Notes under the pieces: model-generated | The model's input: the letters and a program-made list of their open reading frames with translations, nothing else | What the model was told of the DNA's origin: nothing | The model's database searches: none | Position numbers and translations under genes: made by a program | Part shown: positions 10,901 through 20,664 of the stretch, piece by piece | Position numbering within the stretch: the stretch's first letter is position 1 | Layout of the letters: the number at the start of each line of letters is the position of its first letter | From: Clostridia bacterium | Lineage (GTDB): Bacteria > Bacillota > Clostridia > UMGS1810 | Assembly: GCA_017502845.1 (NCBI GenBank) | Contig: JAFVUE010000003.1 | Location: forward strand, 52,025-116,024 | Reading direction: 5' to 3' | Length of the DNA stretch: 64,000 nt

Positions 10901-11912
10901 CTCCTGCTTTTAAGTTGTATTCTGCTGTTTCAAGGTATGTCTTGCAGTGCTCGATTGTCTCTCTCGCGTGAGCATCGTCAACATAACCTAAAAGGTAAGC
11001 CATTGAACGGCCCATAAGACGAACGGGAACTGTCGCATTGTAAGTGCCGTCCTGCTTTGATTCGATTGGCCAGCGAGCGTTATTCTTGACATTCTCAACG
11101 AAAGGAGCCATCTCGGGCTGAGCCGCATTTTCACGGAGCTGGTCGAGGTCTTTTGCCGCAATGTAAAGACGGGGGTGACCTTCGATAGGTTTAATTGAGG
11201 GAATGGGATGAACGTGAGAAGTATCGCCGTTGGGGATGGGGTTAGGACCCTTTGGCTCAAATGCAAGGTCTGTTGTGAAGATCATCTTGTCAAGGTTTAC
11301 ATCCTTGTATCTGTGCTCAAAGTAGATGTTGAGCTGTGAACCGGGTTCTGCAAGGAATGCTGTCTTGTTTCTTGCAGTAAGGTATGTAAGCTTAACCCAC
11401 TCAAAGTTGGGATCTTCGGGGTCTGTGTAGCCATTGTAGGGTGTTGTACGTGTTACGTTATTGTCATAGGAATAGAACACATTTGTACCCTTGGCATAAC
11501 GGAGCCACATATTGTATGCACCGTAATCGTTGAAATTAACAGTGAGAGTTATGTCGGCTACACCTGCAAGAGCATCGTCGTTACCTGTATTGTGCGCTGC
11601 CGCACGGATACCCATAACCTTACCGCCTGATGCACCGTTGTATGCAATAGGTTTTACGATTCTCCCGTCAATATCTGTAATATCCTCAAATTCCACAATA
11701 AGTGTGGAGATATTCTGAGATACTGTACCCTGACCGTCTGTACCTGCCGCTTCTGTTGTAACAGTCTCCGCTACAGGAATAGTAGACGGATCGGGGGGGA
11801 TTACCAGATCGGGGTTTTCCACAACTTTGTAATACTGAATATCAGCCGCAGATACAGCAACCTGCGTAAACAGCATTACAATAGCGGAAACTACTGCAAT
11901 AATTCTTTTCAT
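7968..11912 (-). CDS. Secreted heparinase II/III-like polysaccharide lyase family protein with N-terminal CBM-like domain and C-terminal F5/8 type C (discoidin) domain
   Basis: Signal peptide MKRIIAVVSAIVMLFTQVAVSAA; HPRLYIAAKDLDQLR (alginate-lyase/DUF4962-type N-domain); HDHPDLGSFQLYYKG (Hepar_II_III motif); C-terminal RWTGNGRNEWFTLDLGAEYDIDYILMSF. The start is ambiguous (TTG 11921, ATG 11918, ATG 11912); 11912 has the best RBS spacing. Confidence 0.8.
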   Translation of the reverse strand: MKRIIAVVSAIVMLFTQVAVSAADIQYYKVVENPDLVIPPDPSTIPVAETVTTEAAGTDGQGTVSQNISTLIVEFEDITDIDGRIVKPIAYNGASGGKVMGIRAAAHNTGNDDALAGVADITLTVNFNDYGAYNMWLRYAKGTNVFYSYDNNVTRTTPYNGYTDPEDPNFEWVKLTYLTARNKTAFLAEPGSQLNIYFEHRYKDVNLDKMIFTTDLAFEPKGPNPIPNGDTSHVHPIPSIKPIEGHPRLYIAAKDLDQLRENAAQPEMAPFVENVKNNARWPIESKQDGTYNATVPVRLMGRSMAYLLGYVDDAHARETIEHCKTYLETAEYNLKAGDITRQVGSEMEAAAVVYDWLYPLLTEEEKEFFVAHLKKLCTWKEMHYPPVGNYIYGHDGEKEVFQDMLSVGIAIYDEDPEVWNVAAGAYEKMVPSRRMFNAAGNHPSGSSYGTWRFHCELMSEIMMDAMEIPMEKRIGEGAWNVPLRWLYARNPAGGMFAEGDSSYMKYFVYQYNRTPAMMAITANLYPDAPLNALVYGEWLMNESLQDWGNMPVYMLLIWDKDHPNKADLGQNMPLSYHSTYPLTQMYARTSWQKGLEAPVAVAYMQGRETLTDTHDHPDLGSFQLYYKGTLAADARGPQDGAGWLTEMDANWARRAIAHNIITVKDPEEVYFDNYYIDSRDWTVVSNDGGMDWRHLLDAIGMETYEDLLARPQLAVTEGIYSGPNELTPEFSYLQTNTTAAYSGRRVNAETGILMQDDLKFENVSGTIVTRDALFEALGFSDNPRRDFYPELNEKYPVVPKLTDNTRSMVFIDLFNDDYPAAFVVFDKVTSTNKAFEKNFVLHTLEEPIVEGDKVTVSRTTDGHNGKMVVKALFPENPDIEVIGGEGKGTWVDGKNYGDPADDFEEGAGWRFETSPSVAAENDIFLHAMYVTDHDRNLPELPMYKEVEGNFVGVTIMDRTVFFDRDANDVTGSFSLNIRDNNNGADMSVMVADVTPGVWMVTGPDKTQNIEVTEEACALYFKGKPGKYTITRNDKAMADKIEYPRTEKALIGDYQIYGSDGLFRSQKSPTKLIDGVPYLAAEDYLPAYGENIEIIDNGDGTWTIKNGQFKSVQLWPGTKKALFDKVRNAELPNPSLLIDGKLYVNPIDVQSTINCNITYDELAYLMKVVILDDIERLFEATNTQFDKIVSPAEAVASSDDGNVVEGMLDLNRETRWTGNGRNEWFTLDLGAEYDIDYILMSFYSGHKRATIFDIEVSKDGVNWLPAWSGQSSGTTDEFEQFYIQNSNGVRHLRFKCYGNTVNTYNSITETIIVKK

Positions 11913-11956
11913 CGTCATCAACCTTTCCGAATTGATTAATTACCATAATAAATCTG

Positions 11957-14900
11957 TTATTTCTTTATTATAAGACACTCTTTGATTGCATTCTGTGTGT
12001 TTGCGGTGTTGCCGTTACCCAGAAATTTCACAAACCGTACCCCGTTTGCATTTTCAAGAGTGAATTTTTCGAACAAATCTGTTGTTCCGCTGCTTCTTCC
12101 GGAAAACGCATCTTTCCATGTAACTCCATCGGAAGAAACCTGAATGTCAAATATTGTTTGTCTTGCATTTCCTGACACAAACGCCATCATCACACAATCA
12201 AGGTCGTATGAATTGCCAAGGTCGTAAGTTACGGTCTTATTAAGACCGCTTACTGTCCAGTTTGTGCCAAGTTGCCAGTCAAATGTATTTGAAACGGTGT
12301 CTGCTCCACTGTCTGCCGCGGCAGACACAGGGATTACAACCTTTTCGGGATTACCACCTGCCGCCGTGATAAGGTCTTCTATATCAGTAGAGATAGTTAC
12401 TTTAAGCATCTTCGATTCTGCAATGTACTTAGATGCTACATTAAGTGCATCCTCAAAGTCCATCGGGCAGATATAGAGTTTGCCGTTCAACATTTTTGTG
12501 GTGTGAGGGAGTATAGTTGCCGTACCATTTATTGTTGCCTGATTAGAATCGGGAGTTACTGTGGCATATCTTACACTACTCGTTCTGAATGTGTATGTTC
12601 CGTTGCTGTTTGCGCTAACTTCCGTTCCGTAGTATGGCAGGAAACTCTCTGCACACACATAAGGAACACCGTCCAAATCCGCTGTGGGGTATTTCTGATA
12701 ACGGTAAAGTCCGTCGGAAGAATAGATTGCAAAGTCGCCCACTTCTGATTTTTCTGTAGCGGGGTATGTAACTGCAGTTGCTGCGGTTTCTGTTGATGGG
12801 GATATTGTGTAAGTTCCCGATGCGCCTTTGAAATAAAGGGCGTTACCATCTTCTGTAACCTCAACAATCTGTGTTGATGTGCCGTTTTTAACCTGCCACA
12901 TTCCCGGTGCCACGTCTGTAATCAGCACAGACATATTTCCGCCATTGTTGTTATCGGGAATGTTTATTGCAAATGTTCCCTCAACGGGAAGTGCATCCTT
13001 TGAAAACATAACCACTCTGTCCTTAACCGTTACGCCCACGAACTTGTCTGTTTCAAGTTTTGTCATTGGGAGTTCAGGGAGATTGCGGTCATTATCTGTT
13101 ACATACATGGCGTGGAGGAACAGGTCGTTTTTCGCCGCAGCCGAGGGAGAAACCTCTATTCTCCAGCCGCCCTCTTCTCTTTCGCTGTCTGTAACATCAC
13201 CGTAGTTCTTGCCGTCTACATAAGTAGACTTACCTGCTCCGCCGATAATCTCAATATCGGGATTTGCGGGAAGCAGAGTTTTCATAACCATCTTGCCGTT
13301 ATGTCCCTGCAGGGTGCGGCGTACAACGGTTGTATTGCCGTTCACCACGGGCTCTTCCAGCATATGCAGGAGGAAGTTTTTCTCAAAATCTGCATTTGCG
13401 GAATCTACTTTGTCAAACACTACAAACGCCGCAGGATAATCCTCATCGAAGAGGTCAATGAACACCATCGAACGTTTATAGTCGCTTATCTTGGGGATAA
13501 CTACATACTGATTATGGTATAAGTCATCAGGTCCTACTATATCGGGTTGTTTTACTACTGTACCGGCTACATTGGCAAAACCGATATCTTCACGGAGGAG
13601 TTTGCCTGTGTCTTTGTTGACTCTTCTACCGCCGTATACATTAGTAAGGTCTGTCTTTCCGTAAGAAAACTCGGGTGTTTTCTTGTTAGGACCAATGTAG
13701 AGTCCTTCTTTAGTAGTGAGGTCGCCGTAAGCATAGAAATCTTCGTCACTCTTCATATCTTTTGTGCCGTACCAGAGTTCTATGTTCTGACCACCGTCAT
13801 TGGAGAGGACATTCCAGTCTTTCCAATCTACTTCATAATAGTAATTGTCAAAGAATACTTCTTCGGGGTCTTTAACTGTTATAACATTATGTGCGATGGA
13901 GCGTCTTGCCCAGTTGGCATCCATTGTGGTAAGCCAACCACCCGCGCTTTGCGGACCGGTGGAGTCGTTAGCGAGTGTTCCTTTATAATATATCTGAAAC
14001 TGACCGAGGTCGGGATGTGTGTGAACATCCACCATTGTCTCACGGAGCTGCATGAACGCCATTGCAGTCGGTGCATCAAGTCCTCTCTGCCAGCTTGTTC
14101 TCGCATAAACCTGTGAAAGGGGATAACCTGACGCATATGAAAGTGGCAGGTCTGTGCCAAGTGAAACTTCGTTAGGATTGTCCTTATCCCAGAGGAGTGC
14201 TATATGGAACATATCCACCTTGTTGTGTGAAGGAAGCAATGCCTCGTTCATTCTCCACTCACCATAGATGATATCATTGTTCGGTGCATCGGGGTACATA
14301 TTCGCAATCGCCGCTATAAGCTCGGGAGTGCGATTGAGCTGATACTCAAAATATTTGGGAGTTGAGGTGTCACCTTCGCGGAACACACCACCGGTGGGCT
14401 TTCTGGAATAAATCCAACGCATAGGAACATTCCATATGTCCTTACCGACACGCTCTTCAAGAGGAATATCGAGATTTCTGAGGAGCATCTCGGACATAAG
14501 TTCACAAGTCAGTCGCCATCCGCCGTAAGCATCACCTGATGGGTGGTTGCCTGCAGCGTTATACAGATGACGCGTTGACACCATATCTGCAAAGTATGCA
14601 CCTGCGGCAAGATTCCAAACCTCGGGATCTTCGTCGTAAATTGCGATACCTACGGAGAGAAGGTCTCGAAAGATTTCTTTCTCGCAGTTGTGACCATAAA
14701 CGAGGTTACCAACGATAGGATAATCGCCTTCCTTGGAGTTAGCCAAACTCTTGAGAGTTGCTATGAAGAGATGTTTCTCTTCCTCTGTGAGAAGGTCATA
14801 CATCCAGTCATAAATTACTGCGCCCATTTCCATAGCATCACCTGTCTGTCGGGTAATATCGCCAACATTGGGGTATTCTGCTGTGGTGAGGTATTCGAGA

Positions 14901-15781
14901 GCATAACGGATGGTATCTCTCGCAAAATTATACGCCGTTTCGCCCTCGCCTGCATTACCTGTGATCCACCAGAGTGCTCTTGCACGGATTCTGGCGGGGG
15001 TAGACGAATCGAATGAACCGTTCATAACGGAATTAACCGTATACCTTGCCTGATTGCGAAGATATTCTTTATGGGGAGCAAGGATTGGTTCATTTAAGTT
15101 CGCTGTGATGCGGGGAATATCCTCTTCCGAAATATACACTCTCGGATGCACGTTTGCAGGGGGATTATAAGGTGGTAAGGGATAATACCCCGTAGTGTCG
15201 TATGTGGGATAGTCGTCCTTAAACTTTGGCTGAAATGCCGCATCTGTTGTGATAAGAATCTTATCAATACGTGTAGTGCTGTATCTGTGCGCAAAGCATA
15301 TATCAAGTTTGCCGCTGAACACTCCGGGATGACCGAGTTTAACCCAGGAATATGGTTCATCGGATGTTGCTCCGCCCCATGCGGCAGTATAAGTTTTTCC
15401 GCCATCAAGGGAGTAGTAGAAAGACGCATTCTTTATAACCCTTGCCCAGACTTCGTACATACCGGGTTTGTCGAAATGCACTGTGTAGCGGATTTCCGCA
15501 TTGGGAACAGCCGCCCCACCGTCAAGATTGTGGGCAGAGGCATCAATTGATATATATTTACCGCCGGAAGCATTTGAATCGGACTTCACCGAAACCACAC
15601 GGGAGTCCACGATGGTCATATCCTCCCCCTCAATAACTATAGTGTTACCCGCCGCAACGGATTGGGGGTTAACGGGATATTTCAGCGGAGCTTCTTCGGG
15701 GGGATATGTATCAGGTGCGGCAATAACTGTGGTCTGTACCATCATCAATGCCACACACAGAAAAGCCAGAAATCTTTTCAT
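11957..15781 (-). CDS. Secreted heparinase II/III-like polysaccharide lyase family protein, tandem paralog of 7968-11912
   Basis: HTHPDLGQFQIYYKG, HPRVYISEEDIPRI and a C-terminal discoidin-like NWTVSGLNKTVTYDLGNSYDLDCVMMAF. The start is moved to MKRFLAFLCVALMM at 15781 (GGAGAA RBS); the ORF-track start 15847 adds 22 non-signal residues. Confidence 0.8.
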   Translation of the reverse strand: MKRFLAFLCVALMMVQTTVIAAPDTYPPEEAPLKYPVNPQSVAAGNTIVIEGEDMTIVDSRVVSVKSDSNASGGKYISIDASAHNLDGGAAVPNAEIRYTVHFDKPGMYEVWARVIKNASFYYSLDGGKTYTAAWGGATSDEPYSWVKLGHPGVFSGKLDICFAHRYSTTRIDKILITTDAAFQPKFKDDYPTYDTTGYYPLPPYNPPANVHPRVYISEEDIPRITANLNEPILAPHKEYLRNQARYTVNSVMNGSFDSSTPARIRARALWWITGNAGEGETAYNFARDTIRYALEYLTTAEYPNVGDITRQTGDAMEMGAVIYDWMYDLLTEEEKHLFIATLKSLANSKEGDYPIVGNLVYGHNCEKEIFRDLLSVGIAIYDEDPEVWNLAAGAYFADMVSTRHLYNAAGNHPSGDAYGGWRLTCELMSEMLLRNLDIPLEERVGKDIWNVPMRWIYSRKPTGGVFREGDTSTPKYFEYQLNRTPELIAAIANMYPDAPNNDIIYGEWRMNEALLPSHNKVDMFHIALLWDKDNPNEVSLGTDLPLSYASGYPLSQVYARTSWQRGLDAPTAMAFMQLRETMVDVHTHPDLGQFQIYYKGTLANDSTGPQSAGGWLTTMDANWARRSIAHNVITVKDPEEVFFDNYYYEVDWKDWNVLSNDGGQNIELWYGTKDMKSDEDFYAYGDLTTKEGLYIGPNKKTPEFSYGKTDLTNVYGGRRVNKDTGKLLREDIGFANVAGTVVKQPDIVGPDDLYHNQYVVIPKISDYKRSMVFIDLFDEDYPAAFVVFDKVDSANADFEKNFLLHMLEEPVVNGNTTVVRRTLQGHNGKMVMKTLLPANPDIEIIGGAGKSTYVDGKNYGDVTDSEREEGGWRIEVSPSAAAKNDLFLHAMYVTDNDRNLPELPMTKLETDKFVGVTVKDRVVMFSKDALPVEGTFAINIPDNNNGGNMSVLITDVAPGMWQVKNGTSTQIVEVTEDGNALYFKGASGTYTISPSTETAATAVTYPATEKSEVGDFAIYSSDGLYRYQKYPTADLDGVPYVCAESFLPYYGTEVSANSNGTYTFRTSSVRYATVTPDSNQATINGTATILPHTTKMLNGKLYICPMDFEDALNVASKYIAESKMLKVTISTDIEDLITAAGGNPEKVVIPVSAAADSGADTVSNTFDWQLGTNWTVSGLNKTVTYDLGNSYDLDCVMMAFVSGNARQTIFDIQVSSDGVTWKDAFSGRSSGTTDLFEKFTLENANGVRFVKFLGNGNTANTQNAIKECLIIKK

Positions 15782-15853
15782 ATATTTCTCCATACCTGTG
15801 TTACAGGAATTGCGAACAGAAAGGCAACACGAACCTTTCTGCCGCATTTTGAA

Positions 15854-18511
15854 TTATTCGTATATATATACTACTCGTCCACGACCACTGGCTGTGTGTA
15901 CAAGTACATCAGAGCCGTTGCCGGGGAAATCATTCTCGCCTACGAGGTCGTCTGTGGAACCTATTGAAATAATGTCTTCTCTGCCGTTATTTGTAATCTT
16001 AACTACAGAGAATGTTCTCTTAGGATAATGATATATAAGGGGTGCTCCCTCTGTTTCAATACGAACAGTAAATGTAGAATCATCTGTGCGGATGATCTTA
16101 CCCCACATATATCTGGGAGCTGCATTGAAGTTTGCATCATTGGGGTTTGTTGTGGGAGTGCTTATGCCCTCGCCGTTGGTCTGGTAGATTGTCTTTGTTT
16201 CATCGTCAAATGCAAATTCAACTATATCGGGCTGACTCTCAACATATGTGAGACGGAGAATATCTCCTTTGTCAGGCAATGTCTGACCGGGGCCAACTAA
16301 GAGTTTTTCTTCCTTGTCGATATACTCTACTGCAGATGTACCTGCAATACCTGTAATTCTGTAAGCGATTTCGCCGTCTTCGTCAAGGAATGTTTCTGCC
16401 ACATCCACAATCATAGACATCTGCGCCAATGGCTGTGTTCTGCCGCCGCCTGTAACCGCCTTGACAACGAGGATTGAAGCCATGGGAGATTCGCTTGTGC
16501 CATATGCTTCAAAGGGGAACTGTGTGCTGTCTGTTGTTGTGAAGATGTTGCAGGGTTTTACGGAATATTTTTTGTCATCGTTTCTGTCTTCGTCCGCAGG
16601 AACGGAGAAGATGACTGTGTCGTCATCGCTTATAAGGAGCTTACCTAAAAATGTAAGGTCGCCGCTTCTGATAGAAACTACGCTTGTTTCTGTTCCGTCA
16701 AATCCCTCATACATATAGAGAGGATCGGTATTTGTTGTTGTTTTCTGCAGATGAATGTCTCGTACCTTGCCTTTACCGTCAAGTTTGAACACGATTGGCT
16801 GACGTTTGATAAGGTCGCCCTCCATACCTGCCTCATCGGAGAATTCCTCTACAGGTGTGTAATCGGTTGAGTCGTTGATGTAGAGTTTCTCAGCAAGTTC
16901 ATAAACTGTCCATTTGCTGTCTGCACCAAACACACGGATGATATGTGCGCTGTCAAGTCCGGGTGTCTGCTTGTAGCCGGTGAGATAACCGATAGTCCAG
17001 GATTCGAATTCTTCCTGCTCAATATCGGATACCAGACCGTCTTTGTTGAACATAAGGCGTGTTCTTGTGTTGAACTTGATAGTTGCTACCTGTGGATTGA
17101 GGGAAAGGGCATTTGATGATTCAAATGTAACACTTCCCATTGTGATGAACATCTTGCCGTTGCGTGATTCAATTGCTTCGATGTTGCCCATAGCGGTGTC
17201 CGCTGTAACAACGATTCGTGTAATCTTACCTGCTTTATCTCTTGAGATAGAAAGTGTGTTACCTGCTTTAACCTCGGAAAGTTTGATTGGCTGACCAATT
17301 ACGTTGTAAAGGAGAGGTTCCTGTGCTTCATCATAATGAGAAATATCAAGAACTGCACCGCCACGGTATTTTGTGTAGAGTTTTGTGTCAGTAACGCTGC
17401 TTACAACGTATGTGTCATAAGCATCAATCATGATAACGTCGTATTTGCTATCGCCGTCATTGTCAATGGCAGTAATGCTGCCGTCTTTGAACGAACCGGG
17501 GAAAGGATTGATGTCTGCTTCTGTGTAATTTGCGCAAACTGTACCGTTGTAGATAACAAATGTTTCGTCGCCTATCTCAACCTTTTTCTTCTTGCCGCTT
17601 TCGTTATAATATTCGATATTGTTGCCGTTAAGGCCTATGATGTCGCTGTCGTCAATTACAAACGATTTGTTGCCTACAGATTCTGCGAAGATAATTTCTT
17701 TTGTATCTGCGTCATAGTAAGCATCAACTGTATGAGCAAAGAGGTCAGAAATATCCATAGTGCCTACGTCGTATGTGTAGAGTGCACCGTCGATTCTTAT
17801 CTGGTCATAGCCGGTCTTACCGTCGCCTGTGATGTCAGTTGTGCTGTTTGATGCGATGACGCCTCTTACGCGTTTGATATTTCTGTGGTATTCAAGGTAT
17901 GTAAGACCGTCTCTTACTTTATACTGTGTGTCGGGGTTGAAGTTTACGGGTTCACGGTAATCCACATTAATTGCAAGTTTGAAAAGCTCTGCCGCTTTCT
18001 CATATGTGATTGCAGAATCCATGTCAGCAGGTGCATTGTCATCAAGTCCAAGCTGAATTGCCATCATATAGTAACCGTAAGGATAACCGCCCATATCCTC
18101 TGCATTTTGTGCATAGCCGAGGAATGTTACCATTGTCTTAATTGCCTGAATATATGTAACAGGTGCTTCGGGGGCAAAAAGTCCGCCGCCAACACCGTTC
18201 ATAAGTCCTGCCTGAGAAACGTTTGCAACTACAGGTGCCGCATCAGATGGCACATCTGTGAAAGAGATACCCTGATTTCTTGAAAGGCCTATGTCAGTGC
18301 GCATAACAGCGCAGTACATTTTTGCAAAGGCAAGGCGCGTAACCGTATCAGTACCGATTGCCTCGTCTTCTATAATTCCCAGAGCTTTGGCAAATTCCAT
18401 ATTGCCGCTGTCGGGAAGAACCACAGTTTCTACCTCTTCGTCAGATGCAAATGCAGTAACGGAGAAGAGCATGGTTACGATTATTAACAGAGAAACTATT
18501 TTCTTAAGCAT
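15854..18511 (-). CDS. Secreted 885-aa protein with N-terminal SLH-like domain(s); remainder beta-rich, function unknown
   Basis: Signal peptide MLKKIVSLLIIVTMLFSVTAFA; the segment ISFTDVPSDAAPVVANVSQAGLMNGVGGGLFAPEAPVTYIQAIK resembles an S-layer homology motif; RBS AAGGAGAG. Confidence 0.6.
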   Translation of the reverse strand: MLKKIVSLLIIVTMLFSVTAFASDEEVETVVLPDSGNMEFAKALGIIEDEAIGTDTVTRLAFAKMYCAVMRTDIGLSRNQGISFTDVPSDAAPVVANVSQAGLMNGVGGGLFAPEAPVTYIQAIKTMVTFLGYAQNAEDMGGYPYGYYMMAIQLGLDDNAPADMDSAITYEKAAELFKLAINVDYREPVNFNPDTQYKVRDGLTYLEYHRNIKRVRGVIASNSTTDITGDGKTGYDQIRIDGALYTYDVGTMDISDLFAHTVDAYYDADTKEIIFAESVGNKSFVIDDSDIIGLNGNNIEYYNESGKKKKVEIGDETFVIYNGTVCANYTEADINPFPGSFKDGSITAIDNDGDSKYDVIMIDAYDTYVVSSVTDTKLYTKYRGGAVLDISHYDEAQEPLLYNVIGQPIKLSEVKAGNTLSISRDKAGKITRIVVTADTAMGNIEAIESRNGKMFITMGSVTFESSNALSLNPQVATIKFNTRTRLMFNKDGLVSDIEQEEFESWTIGYLTGYKQTPGLDSAHIIRVFGADSKWTVYELAEKLYINDSTDYTPVEEFSDEAGMEGDLIKRQPIVFKLDGKGKVRDIHLQKTTTNTDPLYMYEGFDGTETSVVSIRSGDLTFLGKLLISDDDTVIFSVPADEDRNDDKKYSVKPCNIFTTTDSTQFPFEAYGTSESPMASILVVKAVTGGGRTQPLAQMSMIVDVAETFLDEDGEIAYRITGIAGTSAVEYIDKEEKLLVGPGQTLPDKGDILRLTYVESQPDIVEFAFDDETKTIYQTNGEGISTPTTNPNDANFNAAPRYMWGKIIRTDDSTFTVRIETEGAPLIYHYPKRTFSVVKITNNGREDIISIGSTDDLVGENDFPGNGSDVLVHTASGRGRVVYIYE

Positions 18512-18524
18512 TTATTTACTCTCC

Positions 18525-20225
18525 TTATTTCAGATTCATAATAGAGTTTAAGAGTTTTGCTGTTTCTGCTCTTGTGAGTGAGTCAGCTGGACAGAAATTG
18601 TTGCCATCGCGACCGGAGATGATGTTTGCACCTTTAAGCGCTGTAACTGATTCTTTAGCCCAGTCGCTTACTGTGTCTATATCTGCAAATGTATTTGCAG
18701 CCATCTCAAATTTATAACCCTTTGCCTGAAGTGCTCTGTAGATGATAACCGCCGCCTGTTCTCTTGTAACAAGGCCGTCGGGAGCAAATTCTGTTGCGGT
18801 CATACCATTTACGAGTGTTGCCGCTGCTGCTGTTGCGATGTATTCTTTTGACCAGTGTCCGTCAATATCAGTGAAATCTGATTTTGCATCTTTATTCACT
18901 TCGCCGATGATGCCCATTACAATAACCTTGGCAAGTTCGCCTCTTGTAATTGTTCCGTCAGGATCAAAGTTTCCGTCGCCTCTGCCGGAGATAACTCCTG
19001 CTTCACTGAGAGCTTTAACATCTGCACTTGCCCAGTGATTGTCTGCCACATCGTAGTAGCCGGATGAAGGAAGAACGGGTGTTGCTGGTATATCGGGAGT
19101 AAGGTCGGGTTCTTCTTTTTCATAGTAAGGATTGTTTGGAACATAACTCCCTGTGTTACCGGAAGATGAACCGCCATCGCCATCTAAAAGTCTGTTAAAC
19201 TCGTTTTTGAGTTTTGTAATATTCGTAGCGGAGGAAGATGCAACTTTGGAATAGATTGTGTTCTTACCACTTTTACCTGCGAATTTGTCAAGGTCAAAGC
19301 CCACATCTTCATAGAATGTTTCGTATCTGTCGAAGTAGTACTCAACGTGGCCGTAACCACGTTCGTCATAATCAACGAGAACGTAGAAAGGAATTAGATC
19401 CCTGAATGCCTCTTCGATTTCTTCTGTACTTTCGTATGTATCGTCGAAGAGGTCATCTGTAAGTTTATCTTTACCGGAATCGGAAATGCAGTTTTCGTAA
19501 TCATACAATTCGTCAGTACCGTCGAGATTCATGATGTCTGCAAGATATTTAAGTCCATCGTCCCCTACGAGAATTTCCTCATTGTCAGTATTGAACGCTG
19601 CAATAAGACACGCTTCTTTGAGAACAGCATACATATTGTCAAGGTCTTCAGCAGTTGACGCACCGAACTCTCCGCCGTTCTCTGTTTTCATAATATCAAT
19701 AATCTCAGCCACAGCACCAACATCGTTGAGTGCATAGAGGGGATCACGGCTTAATGAGAATTTTTCCATAACGTCGTCGAGGATGAGAGTAATGGCATCT
19801 GCATCTGCGGCATCGTTGATGTCATCAATTGCATCAAATTTCAAATCAGACGGATAGAACGGGAATGCCTGGGATGTTTTATCTCCGTCAGCATTTACGA
19901 TAATTGTATAATCTCCACCTTCGCCTGTAAGTTCTATATGGAAGCAGTAATTACCCCCGTGTCCGCAATCAGTAAGAGCTGTTGCATATGTACCGCTGAA
20001 ATACTGAATTGCCGACTGTGGGGATGTGGTAAAGTCTGCCTCTGTATAATCAGGATTGAGCACAGTAACCGATACAAATGTCTCCGGAGCAGAATTGCCC
20101 GTTACTGCGATTTTGTTGTCGATTGATGAGATAATCTGTACATCCGGTGCCGCCGCAAAGCAGGTAGTAACCATAGTGCAGATAACACACAATGCAATCA
20201 AAGTTGTTGATAATACTTTTTTCAC
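18525..20225 (-). CDS. Secreted protein with three C-terminal SLH (S-layer homology) domains
   Basis: SLH segments are YYDVADNHWASADVKALSEAGVISGRGDGNFDP, FTDIDGHWSKEYIATAAAATLVNGMTATEFAP and FADIDTVSDWAKESVTALKGANIISGRDGNNFCP. The start is moved to GTG 20225 (GGAGGAAA 5-6 nt upstream), giving VKKVLSTTLIALCVICTMV. Confidence 0.8.
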   Translation of the reverse strand: MKKVLSTTLIALCVICTMVTTCFAAAPDVQIISSIDNKIAVTGNSAPETFVSVTVLNPDYTEADFTTSPQSAIQYFSGTYATALTDCGHGGNYCFHIELTGEGGDYTIIVNADGDKTSQAFPFYPSDLKFDAIDDINDAADADAITLILDDVMEKFSLSRDPLYALNDVGAVAEIIDIMKTENGGEFGASTAEDLDNMYAVLKEACLIAAFNTDNEEILVGDDGLKYLADIMNLDGTDELYDYENCISDSGKDKLTDDLFDDTYESTEEIEEAFRDLIPFYVLVDYDERGYGHVEYYFDRYETFYEDVGFDLDKFAGKSGKNTIYSKVASSSATNITKLKNEFNRLLDGDGGSSSGNTGSYVPNNPYYEKEEPDLTPDIPATPVLPSSGYYDVADNHWASADVKALSEAGVISGRGDGNFDPDGTITRGELAKVIVMGIIGEVNKDAKSDFTDIDGHWSKEYIATAAAATLVNGMTATEFAPDGLVTREQAAVIIYRALQAKGYKFEMAANTFADIDTVSDWAKESVTALKGANIISGRDGNNFCPADSLTRAETAKLLNSIMNLK

Positions 20226-20272
20226 GAAAGTTTCCTCCGTTTCCGTGTAGTGCGGCAAATCGCCACATATAA

Positions 20273-20302
20273 ATATTAAAATTGTCTGCCGCCTGTTTTC
20301 AA
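20273..20302 (-). promoter_or_regulatory. Candidate sigma-70-type promoter of the seven-gene operon (TTGAAA-18-TAATAT)
   Basis: Minus-strand reading; -35 at 20297-20302, -10 at 20273-20278, ~45 nt upstream of the GTG start. Confidence 0.3.
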
Positions 20303-20664
20303 GATTTTTCAGCCAAAACAGAACATTAAAACTCCATAAAAGCCGTACAAAGCGACAACAACCTATATTAATAGTTTACCCTATGAATTATATGCATGTC
20401 AATAGCTCATTTTTTGGAGAGAAATCCCGAAATCAAAAATGGTATATTTCAAGCAATAATGCGGTTTTGGGCAGCTTTAACATGGTGTAAAAATCATTTT
20501 TGAAACATAATGGGGTATTTTTCCTCAATTGTGAATTTTCAGCCCAAAACCAGAACTTTTTTCAGGACGTAAATATAGCGTGATTTCAGCACTTCAAATT
20601 TCCATTTATCATATTCCGGCAGGATCAAGCCCCTGCTCTCGGAATAATATAGATAATACATTTT

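Noticed and set aside
15782-15847. ORF-track N-terminal extensions, here and at 20226-20258, 23393-23458, 28176-28331, 35702-35770, 40944-41051, 41899-41955 and 52728-52748
   Set aside because: In each case an internal start has a proper Shine-Dalgarno sequence. That start yields a canonical signal peptide or the conserved N-terminus of a known family. The extension overlaps a promoter, terminator or upstream gene.
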